64,000 bases of DNA, taken from assembly GCA_964057225.1 (NCBI GenBank), contig OZ059899.1, positions 6,882,001 through 6,946,000 on the forward strand. Reading direction: 5' to 3'. The notes under the pieces were generated by a model. The model worked only from the letters and a program-made list of their open reading frames with translations. It was not told the origin of the DNA and ran no database searches. Position numbers and translations under genes: made by a program. The DNA comes from Auanema rhodensis. Lineage: Eukaryota > Animalia > Nematoda. Positions 54,601 through 64,000 of this stretch are shown here, one piece after another. Positions within the stretch are counted from its first letter, which is position 1; every line of letters begins with the position of its first letter.

Positions 54601-55320
54601 TCCTTCCTTGTTTCTATGAGTATCAAGGACGGAATTGTTTAACAGTTCATAAATATCATTTACTTTTGTGAGCCAAACGTTTGTATACTACAATCATCAT
54701 CAATAACATTAACGACAAATTTTTACTATATAGTGTGAACTTGCAAATCTATAACAAGCTTTCGTCACGGATAATTCTATCTGTGCCCCTTTTTCGAGAT
54801 ATGATATGTGATTGCGTTATTTAAATGATATTACGATCTGATATATGAAGACGTCGATGTTGTTCATCTTATACACTGCGATGGCCAGTTGAAGTTGTGT
54901 TCCGTCGTCTTCAACATCAACGTCGTCATCATCACCATCTTCTGGTGCAGCAACTGCATCGTCGGAGTCGTCTAGGAACAGCGGAAGATGGGCGGGACAT
55001 AAGGGTTTCACTTTAGGTCGTCCTGATGTCGTCTTGTCTGTTGACTCCGTTAACATAACACACTATCTAGCTCTCCTGACTGTAGTCATATTCCCCCTTT
55101 CTCGATCACAACCGAAGGTCTGATCCCTTTCGCTCGATTCCTTCTCAGTCCGCTCGTCGTCGTCGTCGTCTACGCACTTTCGACACATAGAGAAGGGCGC
55201 TTAAGACCTGCTTCATACCATCACAAACTGAAGCTTCATTCTAGTCCATAACCAAATTTGTGCTGTTACAATTCCATATTCCCAGACTACTTTATATCTA
55301 TCCATTTTTGAATAAGAAAC

Positions 55321-57305
55321 ATGTTTCGAATTCTTGCAATTGCTGTGTCGCTGTTACCGATTGTTTACGGTCAAGAGCATGCTGAGGTTGATATTCGAGT
55401 ATCCGGAGCATGCTCGCCCAGTAAGTTGTTTAATTTTGTTTGAAGAAAACAAATTATCTCAAAAATAATTAATTATTTAAGCGGAGTGAGAGTAACTAAT
55501 AAGTGTTTGTATGTGTATACATGTATGAGTGTGCGTTCAAATCTAATGATCATATATTTATCTCCACAATTCACATTTCTATCCACTAAAATGAAAGTAA
55601 GAATCACCGTTATGTGATTCTAACGGTTTAATAAGACACATTTGAAACTGGATTTTTTCTATTCTACTATAACTTGTTATTCTTTCTTTCCGCAGATGTC
55701 TAATAACTATAACTCAGTATGATCTGATACATATCGATATTTTCCTTTTTCATTGGAGATGTAAATATTGTATGTTTTAAGAATGATCAATATCTAAGTT
55801 GGCCTGTAGTGGGATGGGGTCGACTACTGTTTCTTGATTGAATGCGGTCAGTGAATTGACAGAAAGACAAGAAAAGAAAATGTGAATATAGGAGTGAAGT
55901 TGGAAGAGAAGATGTGATAACCCAGGGGGGGGGGGGGGTTAATCAAGTGGTTGTCGTCGTCTTCTTCCTAATCATCTTCATGTTGATAATATTCTTCGTA
56001 TATCGGGTAATGGTCAATCTAAAAAAAGAAAACGACATATGAACGTGTTAAGCCCTTATCGATAAATCTGAGCAAGTGAAAAACAATGTCTATATTGGTG
56101 AAAGTTGGATAACAATAACTTTCTTTAATAGAAAAAGGTTTTAACAGGTTTTTCAACAAAATTTTATTTTATTATGTTATGATTATATTCTTATAACTTT
56201 ATTGTCACTTTTATTAACAAAATCATAACGTAGTAAAGATTACAAAAACAATTTTAATAGATAGAATGTGAGAACAATAAAAACTTGCAAAGCCACCATA
56301 TATTAAAGAAAATCATAATTTTTTCAGTTTACCTGACTAGAAAAGGAATTGACGTATCAAAGTATCGCCCATCAATTCGTTTTAATCCTGACAAGATACA
56401 ATTAATTCCGAAAAATCCACTCATTCCTGGATGTATCAAGATCAAAGCCGAAGGTATAATCCTAGAAAACTGATATGATTAATCATTGATGAATGGAAAT
56501 ATCGAAAATCAAGCATTTCTTTAAAGAATAAGTGATATGTCTTTAGGTGTAATGATTGAGAAGCCTATCAAGAATCTTGTAGCTGAAATTGAAATGAGAA
56601 TAGGAGGAACTCCTGATCCAAACAATCCAACTTTACCATGTAATAAGAAAATTGATGACAAAGTTAATCAATGTCCATGTGCTAAATTAGAAGGAACATG
56701 GTTTGTTTTTGGTTTTTTGTAATCTTTGTACTATCACTTTTATAGTGTTTTCTGTGATTTCTGCAAGCAATTGAAGGCTCAGACTGCTAGAATTTCTGCT
56801 ACGAAATCTCGTTTAGCTGGTCATCATAAGTCGATTGATGACGATTGCAAGTATGTTATTCAATATTGGTTTATATTACTTCATTAAAATTATTTATCTG
56901 AATTGAGCAATGATTTGATTTTAAGATGTGATGAGATGCAACCAGGACCATATGACATTGAGACTGAAATGTGCACACCAGAGATTGACGACATTAAGGA
57001 CTATATTCCACCTGAAATTCAAGCTAATATTCTTGATAAAAAACCGGTAATTTTGAAAATAATTGGAAAGTTTAAAAAAATATCTTGTAGATCTCAATGT
57101 TTATCACTGTTTATCTCATGGATATGGAACCTCGTTCATCGAAGGAATCATATCTTTCTGCTTTTGGAAGAGCAATTCTTCAAAGAAGGTAGAGTGTCAT
57201 GTTCAGAAATTTAAAATCAGAATACATTACAGGATGGCTCAAAGTACTGTGGCTTGCTTCCTTCTTGGTATCGATGTAAAGCTCAATCTTCCTCAATTCA
57301 ATTAA
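55321..57305 (+). CDS. Secreted cysteine-rich protein, possibly ML/GM2-activator-like lipid-binding fold
   Basis: Signal peptide MFRILAIAVSLLPIVYG and an in-frame exon chain containing PKNPLIPGCIKI, LPC...GTCVFCDFCKQL, CKCDEMQPGPYDI and VACF. The gene model is solid; the fold assignment is inferred. Confidence 0.8.
55925..55938 (+). repeat. Poly-G tract (G14) in intron 1 of the secreted gene
   Basis: 14 consecutive G. Confidence 0.9.
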
Positions 57306-57696
57306 AGTCTAATCAGTAAATATGTAAATATGACTCTAGAAATGAAAGGAAAAACGAATATAATGAGAAAATGGGTCCAAAATGATCGCCAGCAATATTT
57401 TTAAGCAATGAATAGATAAATCGTTGTCTCAACAGCTGTTATTTTACTTACTAATCGAATTGTTTTTTATTCATTTGCACTAAATTCGTGATTATTATAC
57501 AAATTTATGTATGTACCTAATAAAAACATTATTCCTTATTTTTTTCATTGCTATTACAAATTAAAGTCCAGATTATTATATTATTTTATAAAAATATTTT
57601 TAACTTCTAAAAATAATGTTGATATTATTATTACGTTTATTTTTGCCTTTTATTCACAATGTTTTCCAATAATAATTTGAAAAAATGTAAAAATTT

Positions 57697-57768
57697 GGGC
57701 CGAACCGGGATTTGAACCCGGGACCTCTCGCACCCAAAGCGAGAATCATACCCCTAGACCATTCGGCC
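57697..57768 (-). tRNA. tRNA-Pro(UGG), solo copy
   Basis: 72-nt body identical to the array copies, followed by TTTTT on the transcribed strand. Confidence 0.97.
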
Positions 57769-58603
57769 ACAAGATTCTTATATTCGGATCAATTGTTGAG
57801 GTATTTGGTTAAACACATGATGTTGACACAATAGTGTCCATAAAATTGAGTGCGCTGATCATTTCGATTCGCATTGCCTACTATGCTCTATTCGCAACGC
57901 TTTAAATAATAAATTAAATTAGTTAATAAATAAAATTATATAATTTATTAGATTATATTGCTAAACTTTTTCATTTTGTTATATAACTTTAGTATTCCAA
58001 ATATTAGATTTCTGTTATTTTATGTCTTAAATATTAATATATATTAACGTTATATATTCATGTCTTTAAAGTTTCTTAATTCATAATGAATGAGCCAAAA
58101 GTCGTTTATATACAAAAAGAAATTTTTTAAAATATTCTTTATATTTGATGTGTGCAGAATATTCAGTTATATATATATATATATATTATATATACATGGG
58201 TGTACACATGTGTGTATGGTGTGTGCATGTCCAATGCTGCAGACCCCCTCCCACATCCCACCATCCTTTAGACTGCTGCGAGTTGTGCGCTTTCAATCAA
58301 GCAGGCTTCTCTTTGTTACTTAATGTTCAGCTTACTTTATAACATTTGCTGCAACCTTGTGCTCCATTAATAAGTTTTCCCTGTTTTTGTCTTTTATTTT
58401 AAAAAACCTTGAAAATATATATTTAGTTTAACTAATAGTTATATAGTCTATTTCGCCTTGTATTACATTCATTTACAACTGTAAGTAGTTTATTGATTTC
58501 TTAGAGTCCTCAAACTCTGTGAAAATTATACATTATATGTTGTTACTCAGTTAATATTTATTATTTCTTTAATATTTATTCTTTAAATTTATTCTAGAAA
58601 ATA

Positions 58604-59620
58604 ATGGAAACTGAAACATTTGAAGATGAATTACAGGATCAAGTTTGTGATTTAGGTTTCACGGTAAATTTAAACATTAGAACTGTATTTTTTTTTATTA
58701 TATTTATTATTATAGAAAGAGCTTATTGATGAAATCAATGAACAGAAAGGAGCTAATCCAGGTTTGAGTTTGAATTATGATTAAGTGCTAATACAGTTAA
58801 TCCAGGGATGTTTGTATCAGCATGGCAGGAAGATAATGTTGGAATTGAAAAGCAGCATAAAGATGGTAAGTTTTCTTATTTATTATTTATATGCCTTTGC
58901 TTAGAGCCCTTAGAAGATTTTCTCACTGCTGCTGAAGAGGGAAATCTTGATAAAGTCAAGAAAATTTTAAATGACAATCCAACTATGATGAAAGTGGGTG
59001 TACTTTCTTCTGTTATATTTTTTTATGTATGTTCCAGGCTTATGATGAAGATGGCTACACTGCACTTCATCGCGCAGCTTATAATAATCATATGAGCGTA
59101 GTCAATTACTTGTTAGATCATGGAGCTGATGCAGAAGCAAAGTGAGTTACAAATTCTGTGAGAGTCATCCATAAAGACAACCATAAATAATTTGTCCTCG
59201 CTTTAAGAACCAATGATGGCTGGACGCCTCTGCTCTCTGCTGCAAACTGGGCAAACTATGAAGTTATTGGACGTCTGCTAACTCATGGTGTCAATCCCAA
59301 TGCCCTATCCAATGGACATGTTTCGGTATATTTTTTTTTGTGTTTTTCTGTATTACTTCATTTTAAACTATTTATTCAGGCTCTTCACTTAGCTATTCAA
59401 AGTCAGAATGAACATCCTGAATGCATTCTTCAATCAGTTCGTTACCTTTTGCAAGCCCCTGGTTTGATTTGACCTAATTTATTTAGTGAAAAGGTTCTCT
59501 GATTAAGGTATTATCGCTGATATCAAAAGTAATTCAGGAGATTCTCCTGTAGATTTAGCTCACCGCAGTAGTGGTATCATCTATGACATGCTTAACAAAT
59601 TCATTCACGGACCTTCATAA
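58604..59620 (+). CDS. Ankyrin repeat protein (ANKRD49-like)
   Basis: MFVSAW, FLTAAEEGNLDKVKKIL, DEDGYTALHRAAYNNH, TNDGWTPLLSAANWANYEVIGRLL and ALHLA; TAA ends at 59620. Confidence 0.88.
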
Positions 59621-59907
59621 CATCATTCTTGTATAAATATCTATTGATATATACGAATTTTAATTGAACAATTGTTACATTGCTTATACATTTGTAATTA
59701 TTATATATCACTTTATCTTTCAACACGGTTATAACTTTAACCAAAGGGTATTGTTACATTGATCATAATTTTGTGATAAGATATAAAACTGTCTTGCTAT
59801 GCTATTCAAATGACACAATTCAATCGTTTTATCGATGTATTACTCATCCTTTTTTCTTCAAAATTTTCAATGTCGTTTTTTCTTTAGTCTTCGTTATGTA
59901 TTGAGAA

Positions 59908-61360
59908 ATGGAGCTATATATGGTATGATTTTTTAAATATTTTTCTATTTATTTATTTGTTTCTAGGTTAATCGAAAACTTTCTCAACTAGGAGAATGGA
60001 TAGCTTTGTGGGGAGGATGTATTTTTGTTGTAGGTCTATATTTATCTGAAAGTTGTTCATCTATATTTCATATAGATTGTCATGTTAGTACTTTGCTATA
60101 CTGCAACTGTATTTGAAGCATGTCCAACCAATGGACATGACTGTGACACTTTATTTTGGATTGCAAATTATTGTGTTGGTCAAATTATTTTCAGTTTAGG
60201 ACTTTTTCATTATTTCTCACGGTTAGTTCTTTATATCTATTTGATTATTTGAATTTGTTATAGATTTAATTGTGTATCTCATTGGCAGCGACAATCTTGC
60301 GTTGCCGATCTCTGTCGCCAAGTTAACGAGTTAGAAGAAGGTTTTATTGAATTTTTTTTCAAAACAAATTTAAATTTCCATCAGAACACTCTGAATCATT
60401 ATTTGGTGATCATGGAAAATATTGCGTTGATTGTAATCGGGAAGCTCCATTAAGGTATCTTGAGCATATATACATTTCAATCATTAATTTTGTTCAAAGG
60501 AGTCATCATTGCCCTCTGTGTAAAATTTGTGTTTTACGCAAGGATCATCATTGTTTTGTGACCGGAAAATGTGTTGGCTTAGGAAACCAGGTTTTTCATT
60601 CTCGAATAACTGATTTTAATTGATTAATTTCTAGAGATTTTTTATGACTTTTTTGTTTTGGTGTGTCCTCGGCTTGTCGTATTGTATTTATGAATTAACT
60701 ATTTACATTGGAAATACAAATGATGATTTGTGAGTATTTTTTAGCTATTATACATATTCCTATTCGTTTTCAGGTTACCTATTGGATTTTTGAAGCTCAT
60801 TGGGCCAATGGCAATAGGTCGCTGGCTTTTATCATACACAAGTTTTTTTAATGCTGCAATGTGCTCACTTTATACATTTACTTGGGCAAGTCTTGTAGGT
60901 GCCGGCGGCTTTCTGGGAATGCAGGCAAGTTTTAAATAAAGTTATAATTTAATTTGAAAAAAAACTCTTAACTAGTTTTTGTAAGCGGATTCATTAACTT
61001 ACGCAACTATGCTTATATGAGGATATTTTTTGAAAATTACTAGCAAATAGTATTATTTCATTATAAACGTGTTGTTCTTAGTTCTTTTTTTCAGATTTAT
61101 TATACTTGTTATGGATATACGATGTACGAATATCATTCAACTTCTATGCGGGAGGCTTTTGATGGTGACGGGTTCGTTCGTTCTAAGTCTGACATTCTCT
61201 CATATGTCTTCTTTTCAGAATTTCCTTATCAGAAAGATTTCGCCTTGTGTTTGGCAAAAATTTTCTTTTAAATTTTTTGTTTCCAATGTTCTGGGAAAAG
61301 CCATTGTTAACCCCTGAAATTGCTAATAATTTGTTCCGAGTGAGAAGTAAACTTCTCTAG
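59908..61360 (+). CDS. DHHC palmitoyltransferase (ZDHHC22/24-like)
   Basis: YCVDCNREAPLRSHHCPLCKICVLRKDHHCFVTGKCVGLGNQRFF, GYTMYEY and RFRLVFGKNF; TAG ends at 61360. Contains a GC-AG intron at 60925-61094. Confidence 0.9.
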
Positions 61361-62207
61361 TTTCATATGTTTACATTTCTGTCACCTCATGTAAATAGTG
61401 CAGCATATCTAACGCTGAAGAGAAGTTGAATCATATTTCTCTGCTCGACTTTTTTTTAGATCAACTTTATAGCTTTATAATTTTGTAATATTAGTGCCAT
61501 TTATACAGTTAGTCAATATTAATCCTAACGAGTGAATGAAAAAAATAATTGTTATAACCTTGCTCGCTATACGGGTTCATTTAAAATAAAGATTCAATCT
61601 TAGTTTTTTGAATTTTTTTAGACGTCTCAAACGTTTTCCAATATTTGCTTGTTTGTTTTTAGTTGTCGTTCTTTTGTTCTTCTTTATATTAAGCAATAGA
61701 CACTGATCTTATTCCATAGCCAGTTCTTCTGGACATGGTTTGATCTTAGATCTTCATTAATACGACCTGTTTCGATCAGTTTATCCTTTTCATCTCCAAT
61801 TATGCTTTAAGCTTATGTCTTTCTGTAAATTCATTGTTGCAAGTAAAGTATGGATTGCTATATCTTTTTGTTTTTTTCTTATCGAATTGATATGATTCTC
61901 CCCAATAATAATAATAATAATAATAATTCGTATTTCTATCGAATCCGCTTAGCTGTTTTAATTTTTTATATTTCTATCTTAATTATGTCAGACATCAAGA
62001 ACGAACGACCAGATACTTTTCTTTCATTAAATCTGTAGTCCCTTTAGCACCTTGCGTTCTTTTCCATATATATTTTCAAATTTTTTTATCACGCTTTTGG
62101 TATATCATTACTTTCAGATACTCTCAGGCTAGTCTTATCGAAATTGATAACGAATGAAACTAGCGATTATCCAAAATCAAAACGGTTGTTGATACCTTCA
62201 CTGAAGA

Positions 62208-64000
62208 ATGCCGGCCGACGTAGCACCGGGAACAACTTACATACCTACGGTTAGTTTCAAATTATTTTATTCTTTATAATCGTATTTAAGGTTGGCCTTT
62301 TGTATATTTTCAATCTTATTGTCGGCACAGGAGCTTTAGCTCTTCCAAAAGCATTTCAAACAGCTGGTTGGGGTCTTAGTATAGTTGTTCTAGCTGTTTC
62401 TGCTCTTATCAGGTCAGTTTTTTTTTGTGTGCAATCAGTTGTTTTTCTTTTCAGTTATGTAGCCGCTACGTTCGTTATAGAGGCACTTTCTGTTGCTAAT
62501 GCAGTTCATGCTAAAACTACTCGTCGAACATCTACAACAGAATATGATGGTAAAATCCTCTTTTTCAGTTTTAGTTTTACTACATAGCATGTGTTCTAGA
62601 TGTTGCTGTCAGTGAAGGAGGTCCATCATCATTTGAAATTACTCAACGTTTTGAAGTGGTAAGTAATTGATATATTATTAGATATTTAATATTTAACACA
62701 CAGAGCCAAATGGCTACTATGTTCCTTGGATCAAAAGCAATTTTTTTCTCCCACTTATTCATGAATATATATTTGTTTGGAGATCTTGCTATTTATTCAA
62801 CCACCGTACCAAAATCAACTATGAATGTAATTTGGTAATTGATGAATAGATGTGATGTTTCTTAGTTTCTGTCTCATTTTTAGCTCTAGTTTTAATGCCT
62901 CCAGTGTTCTACCATCGGATCCATGCAGAGAAAACTGGCCTTTATTTTTTTCCAGAATGATGGGTTTGGTTAATTAATATATTCAAGATTTTAATATATT
63001 TTTTAGTTTATCGGGTTTGTGTATTTCTTTTCATAGCTGTGTGCACCCCAATGGTGTTGGTGGGGATTACTAAAACGAAATATCTTCAACTTGCAACCAC
63101 TTTATCACGCTGGTCCGGTAAGTTCAATTTGAAAGTTTTTCGTGTACTTCATATTTTATAGCATTCATATTAATGATTTTTCTGGCCACTACTCAATTGA
63201 TCAACGATGGTCCTGCTGGAAATCCTCCTGCTGCAAATGTTCACGGGTTTGGTTCGTTATTCGGATGCGCTGTGTATGCTTTTATGTGCCATCACAGTCT
63301 TCCCGGTTTGGTCACTCCAATGAGGTTTAATTTAGAGTTAGATTAAAATGAATAATTATTTTATTTACTAGCTCAAAAGCAGGCCTGTTTGGTAGACTCA
63401 GTATGATCTATATGATTGTTCTCATGTTTTATTTCACTTTATCTATTACTGGTGCTTTTACCTTCGAGCATGTGCAGGTTTGTTAAATTCGCATTGCATA
63501 ACGGATATCATGTTCTTGCAGGATATTTATACTCTTAATTTCTGGCATGATGATTATTCTTCTGCTTTATATTTCTTTATCGATTACTTCCTTGCATTTT
63601 TCCCTGTTTTCACACTTACTACTAATTATCCCATCGTAGCTATAACTTTAATTAATAATGTTAAAGTTCTGAAAGATATACTTTATCCTCAAGGAAGTGG
63701 AAGGTAGTTCAATTTTATTTTATTTCATTTTAATTATTTATTTTAGTACCTTATCAGAAGAAGAAACATTGTTATCTGATGATGATGAAATTGCACCAAG
63801 ACCTAGAAGCTCTAGTTTGCGTTCTGAAACTGTAAACCTTGTTTTTTTGTTGAATTTTCATTTTTTTTTTCAGAGAACTCCATCAGATATATTAATTCCG
63901 ATTATAGTAATTGGTGCTCCTACTTTAATAAGTTTAGCGACTGATAATGTACTTCTTTTAGCTGCTGCTACCGGTAGTTATCCAGGTATGGTGAAGCAAA
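62208..64000 (+). CDS. TMEM104: TMEM104-like amino-acid transporter family protein (3' truncated by the window end)
   Basis: VGLLYIFNLIVGTGALALPKAF, ATFVIEALS, FEVSQMATMFLG, YLFGDLAIYSTTVPKS, VYAFMCHHSLPGLVTP, FPVFTLTTNYPIVAITL and TGSYPG. Confidence 0.92.

Noticed and set aside
54817-55056. Asp-rich 79-aa minus-strand ORF
   Set aside because: Explained by GTC/ATC triplet-rich promoter sequence; no supporting splice or homology evidence.
1-64000. Intact transposons, telomeric repeats, DNA-elimination breakpoints or horizontally transferred genes
   Set aside because: I saw no transposase or RT ORF, long terminal inverted repeats, (TTAGGC)n arrays or long intronless ORFs. Elimination motifs cannot be assessed reliably by eye.
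24356-64000. Apparent lipid/lysosome functional cluster (two DHHCs, lmp-1, hyl-2, ML-like protein, TMEM104)
   Set aside because: The genes are interspersed with unrelated ones on both strands and the functional category is broad; there is no evidence of co-regulation.

Overview
AT-rich eukaryotic genomic DNA, almost certainly from a rhabditid (clade V) nematode. The evidence is nematode-type orthologues (gob-1, lmp-1, hyl-2, ref-2, an innexin, a C6-domain protein), very dense 40-55 nt introns and trans-splice-like acceptors just upstream of start codons. By manual splicing I find about 16 protein-coding genes: C6-domain protein, NWD2/QUI-1-like DUF4062-NACHT-WD40 protein, innexin, unknown tail-anchored protein, gob-1 trehalose-6-phosphate phosphatase, two DHHC palmitoyltransferases, PCID2, cul-4, lmp-1, pnpt-1, hyl-2, a small basic orphan, ref-2/Zic, a secreted Cys-rich ML/GM2A-like protein and an ANKRD49-like protein. 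A TMEM104-like gene is truncated by the window end. There are five intact tRNA-Pro(UGG) genes. Four of them, plus a degenerate copy, form a 163-bp tandem array antisense inside an intron of the NACHT gene. A probable spliced pseudogene lies at about 16.4-18.2 kb. The most notable items are the intronic tRNA array, relaxed or non-canonical splice sites (three GC-AG introns and one possible GT-TG intron), the CaaX-terminated NLR-like protein and a Leu-to-Lys change in REF-2 zinc finger 3. Exon structures were derived by eye and orthology calls come from recalled family motifs; no searches were run.
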